Below, piece after piece: positions 49,506-61,739 of a stretch of DNA of 64,000 bases. The first letter of the stretch is position 1; each line of letters begins with the position of its first letter. Origin of the DNA: Phoronis australis (lineage: Eukaryota > Animalia > Phoronida). The stretch covers positions 397,312 through 461,311 of the forward strand of contig NMRA01000336.1 of the NCBI GenBank assembly GCA_002633005.1. Reading direction: 5' to 3'. The notes beneath the pieces were generated by a model. The model worked only from the letters and a program-made list of their open reading frames with translations, was not told the origin of the DNA and did no database searches. Made by a program: the position numbers and the translations under genes.

Positions 49506-52500
49506 ATTGTCAAAAATCATCTTTCAGTCAGTCCACTTTTCGTAGGTACATAAACATGTAAATCAGAAACCAACAATCAAATCCACGAGCAATGCGTTAA
49601 CCTTGATTTAATCCCCTGTTAGTGGCTTTAAACAACAAATCTTGTACCGAAGTCAAAAAGCAATGCATTTATTGTCATTTGAATTTTGAGTATTTTTTTT
49701 GGAAAGTTCAAATTTCATCAATGTTTTTGAGAATTATTTTAGATAGGCAAAAAGCGTCCAAGTGCACTTTACTATTTGGGGATCAGATTATAATTTTTTT
49801 CCGTATTCAGGCTTCAACTTAATTCCCTGAATTGTCATCATTTCTTAAAAGATTAACTTCTAATTACCAAAAATCAGCTATTAACCTGTCAGTTTTCGTA
49901 GATACATAAACATGTATATCAGAAACCAACGAATTTGTTAATCAAAACGGAATGTTATAAGGAATTTCTGCATGCATAATCGCAGACTTTTGACGGGTTA
50001 CCGGGGGAATATGGGGATTGGGCATTCCTTGTGAGGTGTGTATTTTTGCTCTTTCTGAGGTATCTATAACGATTCACGCTGAAATATTTGTTTAATTTGT
50101 TTATTATTGCGAATATTTGGGTACACTCATTCGACATGTACACAGTCACCCGAATGCTAGCATCGACAGCAATGTTTTCCACATGTGGGAATTCCTTACA
50201 AACAACTCATCTTCAAAAGAGATACTATTCTTAAGATAATATGGGAAACAGTAACACTATTTTATCATCGGAAATAGTCCTTTTGTGTAATTAACAAACA
50301 ACGGTCTTCACATTCTTTAAAATTCCTGACTTCCTTATGATGGTGGATCAATTCTATTGTATTTTTTCAATTTTTTTTTGGTTGTTTGGGTCGAATGTCT
50401 TGATACTGCTGTGCTGTGCAGGATTGTTTTGCGTTTTTTCATGAATTTCGAATCACAACTTCCCTCGTGAATACTTGGCAGTGTCGGATTTACAAAGGGA
50501 CATTTCTCTGAACTGCTCCACCGAGAGAGGGTCTCGTCTGAAATCAGGCACCTTAATAAGCTTGGAAAGAGTGACATTTCATTCCACCGTCGTGTGGTCA
50601 GAAAGTGACCTTCTTCAACATGAAAGGTAGTTGCACGATTTCACAAAAAACAGGAAAATAGACGTAATCGAATCCGACATTGGGTCCTCTCTCCTTGAGC
50701 TTACCCTTAAGAATTTGTCAATAGAAATATAAAAACTGTGGTCACTTTAATGTCATTAATGGACCCTCTATAGATATTCAAAAGTCAAGAAATGTCATCA
50801 ATGGAAACTCTATGTGATAATATCTATAGTTTCAAAAATCAAGAAATGTGCAGCAATTGATGATATCTGTCAGGTCATCAATTTTTATGAAGTGATATAT
50901 AATTCGAGAAAAAAAGCGACAGTCTTCTCCGTTATTTTTTGCCAGAGAGGGGCCTCTGGAAAAATATGGTTTTGCAGTCGCAAGATTGACGTACTGAATT
51001 TAAAAATCCAGTAAATTAATATGCTCCGCAAAAGCTTTGCTTTACAAATTTTCTCTATTTTTTGAAATCAGTGTATGAATGATTACGTGCACGTTTTCAA
51101 GTGCGTTTAGACGACCTGTGCTGTGGGGGCGGAGACCCCAACAATGTCATGTCCAGGGTCCTCAAGAAGTAAATCATGCACTATACAGAGTTGTAAAATG
51201 TCCTCATAAATTTTCTCTCTTATCCGCATTTAGCATTCTTTCTATTCTCTGCTGTCCCCGCCCCATGCTTAGGTTGTTGCCATGGTTTAACCCTGATGCC
51301 TGAAAACTTTTGGGGGGCCTATCGCCCCCCCCCGGACATCATATTAGTTGGGGCATGATTCTGAATTTCAACCAAAACCCTTTGTGAACCATCAATATGG
51401 TGTTGTAACACATCATAATACAATGTAATGCGCATGTTTCCTTTTGTAACAAGACACTAACAAATAATCTTCCAGTGAAAGTGTTTACAAAAAACTAAAT
51501 TTCTCCAAGGTTTAACCCATTTTTAGATAAGAAGATACTTGTCAGCGTATATGTTAACTTTGCAATTGACGCAGAGTGTAACTACTCTTAATGTTTGGCA
51601 AATGTGTTTCTGTAGGTACAATGACCTGAGTAGTATGATGGCAAATAGTATGAACAAGCCCAACAATTCACTCAAGGAAAAGAATGAAGTTCCTTTGGCA
51701 TCTCACCGTAATAATGGTGCTGGACTGGCCCATGTGTCTACAGCGCTGGATGCTAGACTAGAATATGGTGTGGACTGTTGTGTTGAACTCAGGCTTAAGG
51801 TAGGTGGAATTGTCTCGGTGGCTCTTCAATGGGACAATTCACACTTCTTTTGAATTTAGTGAATAACTTGGTGCAGTAATTATTAAAAATGTATGTTGCA
51901 ATGCTGTTGTGGTACTAACGAAGAAGACAGTGTTATTTTGGCACTGTTATCCTGTCCGTTATGAGCAAACTAGATTAAGGTTTTAATTGTTTTCTAGATG
52001 CATGGAGATATTGCCGTCTTTCTGAATCAGAATTTGTGTATAAATGTGTTACTCCCCTACTGTGGCTGGTGTACAGATCTGCAGTGGTTTTAATTAATTC
52101 ACATTACAAGGATGTCTGTTTTGGAAGTTTATGAACTTGGAGTTGGAAAAGTGAGTAATATTTTGAGGAAGCGTGTACACCTGATGTGTTTTGGGAAGGG
52201 TAAGCTTCTACATAATATCAGTCCTCACACCAGAATGTTAACTGGCTTTGCATGTAATTGCAGTTCTTAGCATCTATGGAAGCAGAAGAAGTGCATAATG
52301 CTCTGGTCACTGCCCTACCCCCATCTCAAGCAAAGGTCAATGATAACCAATCACCACCCACCACTGCCACAGTCGATGACTCGCTGCATGTTGAAACCTC
52401 TGGTAGCGACACCTACCAGACTATACCATCTGGCGAGATGTTGAGCCTTTGCTTTGATCAGGTGTTCAGTTTACTACAGCTAAACTGTGCCAATGTTGAC

Positions 52501-53384
52501 ACTATACTCAAACTATGGTTGGGGCTGAACGAGGATGCGCGTGATGATGGCACCACCGCTAGAGCTACACCTGGTGGTGCCATGGCTAAGTTTGAGACTT
52601 CACATGTGCCTAGTATCCAACTAAACCACAGGTTTGTCACCAGTCTCTTGGCTGCACTAGCCTGGTCCCCAGAGGTCTCTGTGCACACATAGGTGTTGGC
52701 CTTTCAGGTTTGCTCAACCTCGTCAGAAAATTGTGCATGTTTGTAATAGTTTTACATTAATTAAAAATTGCTATATTTTACATTTTTTTTTTAAAACTCT
52801 TGGTACAATTCTCACCCATGCTATACACTAGTTCTTGATTTTTCTTCTTAGTTATCAGTGTCCTACAATGTACTTTCAGTAACATTGCACAGTCTTGTTG
52901 TTTATAACTTGTCAAAATTTTAAGCTAAAATAAATTAAATGTTTATTTCTTGCTGTTAACGGGCTGGTAAGTGCCAGTTTTTTAGCACGGAATTTCGTCA
53001 ATGCTGTGGGTACCATGTAAATACTTATCACGTGTTTTGTCAGGCACTTACCCTACTCGGTCGTCGTAGTGGAGACTGGCCAGACAGATGGATTGGACAC
53101 ACCATCATCAACGATTCCAACTTCCTGACGGTCCTCCTCAAGTTCATGAGTTCCTTGGACTACAGTTCCAGTGGGAACAATCGGGTAACCAAGACAAAAG
53201 TTATCGAACAAAATACCCTTTTTCCGTTTTTACAGCTTATTCTGTTAACGAAAATGGCTGGTGATAACTATTGGGGAGCAAAACTAATTACAAAATGGCT
53301 TAACCACCTTATAGTAGTAACTTTCTTGAGTTCTTAATTCATTTTGTGAGGGAAGACGACTCTGACGATGATGTCAGCGTCTTC

Positions 53385-54480
53385 CCTTTTTATGTGCGCA
53401 CATATTTACATATCTATATTTGGACGCATTATGCCATCAACGCCGCTAGTCTGTCCGTTCAGCGTCCGTCCATCCAGAATCCACTGCTCTATCTCCAAAA
53501 CCCTTTGACGTACGTTCATGAAATTTAGGACATATGTTCCTTTCATGGATGGGATGGCATGAGCGAACTTTCAGATGGATCCGGCTACCGGTGTGCCCCT
53601 ATTGGCAATTTTAGTGTGTTGCGCTTACCCCTATATCTTCAATGGTCTTCAGTGTATTTTCATAAAAAATTATCATATAGGCAATCCATCTATTAATAAG
53701 ATGACGCTATCCTTCCGTTTTCAGATGGATTCAACAAAGTTTGTGCCACCTAGTAGCCATTTTTACTGTTTTTGGGTCTGTTTTTTGGTGTCCACCACTC
53801 TATCAACCAAACCGCACTAAGGATGATTGTGAAAATTGCATGTATGTTCTTACTACGAAGCTGACGATGATTTACCAATGACTCCTAGTGACAGTTTTGT
53901 TTTTTTGCGCCCATGGCTGTATCTCCTAAGCCGTTTGTAGCATCTAGTTAGTAAGTGTATTCATGTGGTGTTAACAACGGATAGCAACAACTTTTGGACG
54001 GATCTGACTACCAGTGTGCCCCCTAGTGGCAATTTTCATTTTTAGACTTACCTCTGTCTTCAAAGGTCCTCAACGGATTATCAGAAAGTTTGGAATATAG
54101 GCATTTATTGGTGAGATGATGTTATCCTCCCACTTTCGGATGGAATCGAGGAACTTTTGCGCCACCTAGTGGCCATTTTTCCTGTTCTTGAGTCTTGTTT
54201 TTTGCCTCCACCCCTCGATCAACCAAACTATTCTGAGGATGACTTTGAAAATTGGTGTATTTGTTGACAATAACGCATTCGACTACTGCGGCATCTCCTA
54301 GTGGTAGTTTTGTTTTGTTTTGTGCACATAGCTGCATCTCCTAAACTCGCTGCAGGATCTTTATTAAATTTAGTAATTGTATTTATATGAAGCTAACAAC
54401 AGATGACGACGTCTCTCAGACGGATCCAATGAAGGCTGTGTCCCAAATTGGCAATTTCATTATTTTTTGTTTTCCTTTGT
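53385..54480 (+). mobile_element. HINE/DINE-1-like element with about two ~415-bp internal repeats
   Basis: Head TTTTATGTGCGCACATATTT...GGACGCATTATG, then GTCC-type microsatellite, then tandem units starting GATGACGCTATCC (53700 and 54115). Confidence 0.7.
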
Positions 54481-57400
54481 TTCTCTGAAGTTCATTGACA
54501 GATTTTTATGAAGTCGCTTAAATAGCTTTCTTTTTGAAATGATAGCATGTACCCATTTTGAGATGGATTGAATTTTTTTTCGCCCTCTGGCGGCTATTTT
54601 TGTGAAACAAATAAACAACCCTAGAAGCACTCCGTTTGCGGTGTATTCATGGGCACAATGCAACGTTCCGCGTTGCTCTTGTGAAAATTTACAGATGTTT
54701 TCCTGATGAGAAGGGGTCTGCAGCCAAATGTCCTTAACCCTTTGAAGTAGCTTTGTGAAAGCTGTGTTCCTATGGAGGGGACGACAAATGATCTGAATAC
54801 CACTGTGACTCTAGTGGCAAAAGCACCACCTTCTCAATTCGGACGGGTTTGACACAGTCTCCGCCATGTAATGGTCATTTTTGTGTTACTAAAAACACCC
54901 ATAGAAGCACACCGTTTGTGGTGCTGTCGCTACAAGTTTCCCTTGTTTGAAAAACAAGTGGTACATATACTTTTTTGACTTGTTTACTAATTATTTTCAA
55001 AAGTTTGAGCTTGATGACACTCCTTTTTAAAGAATAAAAATACCTTTTCGGTGAGAAAGATACAGCAATTGATTCTTGAGTATGTAAATGGTTGCATCAA
55101 AACAGTGCTCTTCGTCCACATGAAGTATAGCAGAGACCATCCCAGTAAATTTAGAAATCTTCTTTTACTCACTATTTCTCACTTCCGGGAGCTACGTCAA
55201 TGAATGTAAAATGGATGGAATAGGCAAACACTTTCAGTGCATGTTTTCTCTTTTGTATGTGTGAGACAAATGCATGTCAAGTTAATAAAATTATTTCTTT
55301 TGTCTTATAGTACTATAGAGACTAAGGCAAAATCAAACTTGGGTGAAGCCACACCTGTCCATCCTCCACTAAAAAGTATGAGCGTGGTGTCCCAGCAAAG
55401 TCCAGTTATCCCCACCAATTGAGCAATGTATGAAGCGTAAAATGATGGCTTTTTAAAGTTTGTTTCAAAAAGCGCTCTAGAACGTATATTTTTGCAGATA
55501 TTCAAATCAGTTGTGTTATGCAACCAAAATAAGGTTTTAAAAATTTTGTTTTTTGCAGCTTTAATCCTTGGAATTTTAAAAGCGGAAATGGTGGTAATTC
55601 TCCTAACTTAACGATTGATTGTAAAAATCGTCATACGTACCCCACTGTTAGTTGTAATGACTAATATTGTTCATGCTGCCTATATTGTACCACCATACGA
55701 TCACCTGTTTGATTTTATTTATATCCATCTATTCGGCAGTCTGTATCATACCTTTGGCAAAGAGCGCATCGCTTGAAACGTGGGGAATATTTTAATGTAT
55801 TTTAGTACCGACGCTAGGCGTTTTACTTTTATTGTTTTTGTTATTTTATATTTATCTGTCGGTAACTGCACGGCATTCCAGCATCTATTTGATTTATTTA
55901 ATAACGATTGATAAATAACTCAAAACGATAAATGGAAAATCCTGTCACAAATTGTTTTTCGAGGCTTTGATCACTGAAGCACAACAATTTTGGAAATTGG
56001 TGGACAAGTTGCAAAGAAGCAAAATCCCGCAAAAGGTATGCCAAGAGCATGCAGGTAGATAAACATGATTTAAGTCACTCGGGTGGCAGCGTTGTTTGTT
56101 TAAAGTTAAACAATTTTTTCTTTAAGTTTACGTTTACTTCAGTATTCTCAGAGACAGTTCCGCTTCTGAATGAAATACCCGTGAGAACATGCTTTATCGA
56201 TAAATCCGAGGAGTCAATACGCTCAGTCTTTGTGCTGCCTCGTAAACTTGGCTCATCTCAGGAGGAGGATGAGCCGTTATCACCAAAAATGAGTGAAAAG
56301 GTTGAATTAGGGGTTTTAGAAAGACAATTTGCAGTGACAACGAATGCTGGATTTATTCGCATATACAACCTGGCTACTCTGGAGTCGCTGACAGATTTGT
56401 CGTCAGCAGATGGTGACACCTATGTCTCTCTCACTTAATGTAATGGTAACAACTGTTTATGTTTTAATTTAAATGATCGCCATATATTTCGATTTTCGTG
56501 TTCTAAACATTTATTTTTTTCAAGCCAAATATTGTAGCCAGTCTTCCCTCTATAGAACAAGCAGCATGAGATTGCTCACTGATTGCATTATTCTTTCATG
56601 AACACACTTCTTCTGGGCCGTTTTTTTCTCTTGCTCTACATTTCTTTTCTCACATGTTCTATTCCCCACAAACTCCATTACGTTTTTCGTACAAACAGCA
56701 CAAAACACGTAATTCGTAGATGGTGTATGAGATAGGACATACTGTTCATGAGAAGTTCGCTCTGGAGAAAAGAACTCTTAGTAAATTTGTGGCGGATGAT
56801 GACTAGCTAGCCTGATATAGCAGAAAATGGTTACCAACACAAGGGGCTGTATGAGACCTTGATTTCTATGTCACATGCTCCCAGTGTTAGACCCTTGTTA
56901 TGAGAGTCCCTCAGGAAGCGGTGGGGGCTGTTCTGGTGGGACAGGTGACTCATATCGCCACCTAGCTGTATCAGGAGTTATTTTGTCACCATGGGTTGCA
57001 TAGGGAAACAGTTTTACTAAGTGAAAAGACCATTTTATAGTTCATGTGGTTAGATGGGATGTGCTTTTACAAAAGTTATAAATTTCCTCCTCGTCCTCTA
57101 GAGGTCACTGCTATCCGAATTCCCATGTCATCAGTCGCCACGTTGCTATTTGGAAGTCTCCCATTGTTCGTGCCCTGTGTTCAGGTAAGTGATGTTCAGC
57201 AGATGCTGTGCACAGGCAATTATGGTCCATCATAATAGTTCAATGTAAAATATTTCTATATGTCCATTGAATTCCTATCAGCAATCTATGAATTTCTATG
57301 AATTGTATGGTGTAAATGGTAGATAATGTATCATATTAATGGTTGATATCTTGTTGCCTTCCACCATAAAGCCCGACCTCTGATTTAGACCACTTATCAT

Positions 57401-57491
57401 AATAAGACTTACCTTGGCTGACTCCTCATTTAGATTAGATGTGATTTCTTGGCTTGCAAAGAACTGACAGGTCTTCGCTGTTTGTGGCCAT

Positions 57492-59279
57492 CCCGGGTGA
57501 GAATTTGACACGTTTGACACGCTCTAAAAACATGGAGTATTGGAACGCTCTAAAAACGTGTCGAACGTGTAAAACGTGGCGTGTCAAACATGTAAAATGT
57601 AGCGTGTCAAACGTGTCAAGAACGTGGCAAAAACGTGTAATTTTCGTTCCAATACTCCACCTTTGACACGCTTATCGTGTCAAACGTGGCGATAAGCGTG
57701 TAAAACGTGGCAATAGCTTGTCGAACGTGGCGTGCCAAAACGTGGCAAAAACGTGGCACTTTTGACACGCTAGTGTGTCGAACGTGGCGATAAGCGTGTA
57801 AAACGTGGCGATAGCGTGTCGAACGTGGCGTGCCAAAACGTGGCATAAACGTGGCACTTTTGACACGCTAGCGTGTCAAACGTGGCGATAGCGTGTCGAA
57901 TGTGGCTTGCCAAAACATGGCAAAAACGTGGCACTTTTGACACCCTAGCGTGTCAAACGTGGCGCTTTTGACACGCTAGCCTGTAATCTGTGTCATTGCC
58001 ATGGTAGCGACCCTACATTTAGCCTGAGGCCGTACTGTACAAGCCATAATGTTCTTGTTTATAGCAGCTCACCATCCACCATGGGAATCCATACTGAAAG
58101 CAAATGTATAAAGGGATTTCTTCTTTAGTCACAGTTAATTGTTACTGTTGATGTAAATAATCCAAAATGTGATAATGACATAGAATCATTAAAAGGATAA
58201 TGTAACTATCCAACTCTTACCACATACTGTTGTCACTAAATTTCATTTCATCTAGAATAACATTAACACAGAAATAAGAAAATGGTTCAACATACAAATT
58301 TGAAGTGCTTAAGCTGCTATATATATGCGTGTAAGTCTAAGCTTTTGAGTCAGGCCAGTTGCTTGAAGACAGTTTATGAAGTAAAGAACAGACGCACTTT
58401 GTAACATCTTTGAATTACCAAGAGTGATTCAACATTTGTCATAACATTGAGTTCATGTTGATTTTGCAGCCCAAACCTCTACACACAATGTCTTATCCTC
58501 ATTCAAGCTGACACAAAATGTGAGTTGATCCAATAACAACAATATTATGAATTGATATACTACTGAAGATGAGAGGCGTTCCAACTTCATATATTAACTG
58601 CATAGTCAACAATTTCTACTGACTTGTTTTCTGTTACAATCAAACTTACCTGTAAAAAGAAGGACCATTTGCAAGAAAAGTTTATCAAGCCACTGTCATC
58701 CAGAGTATATACATAGTTACTAAACTTCTGTTAGAGCTGCACCACACTCGAAAACCATACTTCAAGTGCTCTCCTGACTCGACTGCACTCTCTGACAGCT
58801 AAACCAACTCTAACTTTGGATATTTGAATAGGCAGTGAAAACTTTTGTTGCAAACTCTTTGATGTTATTAAGGGAACATGTTTAATCATTCAAATTGGGT
58901 GATTACCTCCCAGTGGCCTTTTCAGAACTGCCAAGCCTATTTAAATTGTATCTTTATTGAAGAGTTCTATCATATTTTACACGTTCGACACGCTAGCGTG
59001 TCAAAATTTTACACGTTTGACACCGTAGCGTGTCACATTTTACACGTTTGATATGCTAGCGTGTCAAACTTTACACGTTTGACACGCTAACGTGGCAAAC
59101 TTTTCACGTTTGACACGCTAACGTGGCAAACTTTACACGTTTGACACACTAGCGTATCATATTTTTACACGTTTTACACGTTAACGTGGCAATTTTGACA
59201 CGTATTACACTTTTTTTTACATGTTTGACACGTTTGACACGCTCAAAAGCGTGTCAAACTTGTAAAATTCTCACTCGGG
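57492..59279. mobile_element. EnSpm/CMC-like non-autonomous element, 2-bp TSD AT, with ACGTGGC/GTGTCAAACGT subterminal arrays
   Basis: TIRs CCCGGGTGAGAATTT / AAATTCTCACTCGGG. AT at 57490-57491 and 59280-59281. Arrays at 57505-57985 and 58975-59265. Confidence 0.85.
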
Positions 59280-61021
59280 ATACTTGAATACATTGAATAA
59301 CCTGCTTAGTTGACTTAAGCTATTAAGCATGCTTTTGTGCTATAATGAATTCATCAAACCTAATAAAAATCACTTCTAATCTGAGTAAGGGGGAATTTGA
59401 GACTAATTTTGTAATGATAACCAGTCTCAATTGAAAGTAATCGTTTTGACCAAAGGCAACTTTACGACATCTCCAGCTTCCAAGAATTGGTGCAGTGTTG
59501 TGTGTTTGTCTCATTTTGATTTCCCTCTGCTGCGTAGGTGTGGATCGCCTCTGTGCTGCAACAGACTTGGACAAGCTGCACTTCCTGCAGATAGGGCGGC
59601 CTGGCTTGGACTTCCCTGGCGGACAGATGGCTAGTCTGACTAGCAATCTTGCTCTAGTCTCATCCATGGAATCCACGTCAGCTGCAGAACTGCGCTCGTT
59701 TAGTTCTTTAGGTAAGATGGCAAAGACTGGGATTGTATTTTATTTCCACTATTTTGTCCATGTGTTGCATATTAGCCATGATTACAGTGCACGTGAAAAA
59801 TATTTTATAAAGTTTCTTTCAATTATTACTGTATGTCATGTCGTGCCTTTCCAGTTAACCTCTCCGATTGTGGATTTCGCTTGCACTCAGCTGTCGTGAC
59901 AGGGAATTTTTGCTGTGGTCAGTTGCTATGACACAGATTAATGTGTCGTGTTATTTTTGGCGTGAACTGTACATCTATTGGACAGTAAGCATTATCATGC
60001 ACATTCCAATTTCTGTTTGGGCAACCACCTCTCCATCTCCCAACTTCATTGATGAAACCTCATAAAATTTTGCCAACATTTTCCAATTAAGGTATTAGTG
60101 AGACACCAGTTTTCAAACAAATCAACATGTGATGCGCACCATGTGGCAATTAATTTTTATGTGCCACCTAGTGGCCATTTTTATTATTTTTGAGTACGTG
60201 GTATTACCAAAAGAGATTCACCATATCTGTGAAGTCAGAAGTAACTTTTTTCATTAGTGACTCTCAAAAAAGACTATTTGATTTGTTGGATTTGATAAGA
60301 AGTGTCATATTTGACAATTTAACTGAATTACATGCTCGTCAAATTATTTAAAAGAAAATCAGCCACGAACTATTGACCAAGGCACATTCCCAAGATGTGT
60401 CAAAAAACGAATGGTATTGCACATTAGGTATTGCCCCATCTGAGTAAAAACGAAACTTGTGTAACTATTATTTCGATGGTCTCACGTGATCCTAGTAAAC
60501 TGCCATCATTAGCTTGTGTGTGTAGAAGTTCAGGTGCACTTAAAACTGACTTCAACAGTTTGCATACTGTACAACTGTATAGTCATTTCAGTGACTGAGG
60601 TTCATACAAATACAACCCTATGGAACCGTGTAGTAATGTGTGAATAGAGAACGTCAATATTCTCCTTCACTAAAGACCTTCTTGTTGACCAGCGCCTTAC
60701 CACCGATCTGCTGCAAAAACACTACACGAATTGAGATTGTTTGAGAACCTGATGCCACGCTAATTGGCCACGCTGCCGCCATGTTGGTACGAGATCCAGC
60801 AGGAGCAACAGCAGCAACGTCATCCTCAGCATCTCCAGCAACAGGGGGAGCTTCTGTAGCACACACGCACCTGGAAACTGCAGCAAGATAGGTAGGTGAT
60901 ATTGAATAATATGATTCATTAAGCTCTCACTGTATTTTTCTGTAAGCAGTTTGAGAAAAAGGTCGTTCACAAACTAGGAGGCGTTGCCTTACAGTTTTAG
61001 TTGAACTCTCCTCTTTCCCAG

Positions 61022-61739
61022 TGTCAGAATACAGACTGACAAATGTTTTTAGTTGCATTGTTTCATTTTGCTTTGTTGTTCTGTTTGATTGACATGACCT
61101 CTGAGTTAAGTACAATGATGATGTAATTTGTTTACTGCAGAATAGTATGGAACTTTCTAGTAGACTGAGTTCAGTAGTGATAAATGTAATTTGTTCACTG
61201 CAGTATAGTGTGGAACTTTCTAGAAGACTCTAGCATGACAGTGATTAATGCAGTCTGGAATATTCTTGAGACTAGTACATTTTTGTAGAATGGTTGGGTA
61301 GATTCTGGAATGTTCTTGAATGTGCTTGAATTGATGTAGGCTATAAATACACTAGCACGGGTTTGTGTTCTTCAAATAATCAGCAGTTCAAGAAAGTCAA
61401 TAAGGAGAACTACAGTTGAGTTGCAGTGAAGAGAATCAGCAGTTACAGCGATAGTCAATAGAGAGCCAGCTATAGAGACAGCAGGTTATTGAATCGACAA
61501 GAGTAACAGTTGCTGAACGTGTCTCAGATGTTCATCACAAGTCAAGGCTAATTCGCAGCACTGGCTGGAGCATAAACAGACATTACGTCGGACGTTTTGT
61601 TTGAGTAAGCTTGTGAATGTACGGTCGGGATTAATAAAAGATTAACTCGAACCAGTCTTCAGTCTATCATCACGCCGAAAGCTATTAGCACCGGTCTGTT
61701 ACAACCTGCGCCCACCCACACACGGGGAAAAATGTAACA
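61022..61739 (+). mobile_element. Solo LTR of the same family as 44662-45434
   Basis: TGTCA...TAACA termini; flanks CCCAG / CGCAG (5-bp TSD with one mismatch). TATAAATA near 61341 and AATAAA near 61633. Confidence 0.85.

Larger units (their letters stand above)
46586..51335. mobile_element. Second, inverted copy of the 24848-27913 hAT-like element; one TIR is lost, and it contains a gap and a LINE
   Basis: Starts CAGGCCCGTAGGAAG. 46586-47150 matches the reverse complement of 27345-27913, and 49506-51320 matches the reverse complement of 24890-26600. Confidence 0.8.
42037..53184 (+). pseudogene. BIRC6: BIRC6 pseudogene block 1 (mid-protein region). Exons 42037-42228, 42640-42767, ~43416-43626, 44235-44416, 45593-45763, 51616-51799, 52264-52707, 53044-53184
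   Basis: Peptides match BIRC6 as remembered: HLLHHKQQL, CLSVIRGLV..NADFFLVACK, QLEKLILL..GNISWGGPWA..LQDILEG, ALDARLEYG..ELRLK, LLAALAWSP, DSNFLTVLLKF. GT-AG introns. Stops at 42735, 45670 and 52690; frameshift near 44286. Confidence 0.9.

Noticed and set aside
57505-57985. Regular short repeats that could look like a CRISPR array or a repetitive protein
   Set aside because: There are no unique spacers and the context is eukaryotic. They are subterminal arrays of a TIR/TSD-bounded element.
60654-60970. Minus-strand Ala-rich ORFs
   Set aside because: They are antisense shadows of the Gln-rich BIRC6 exon on the plus strand.
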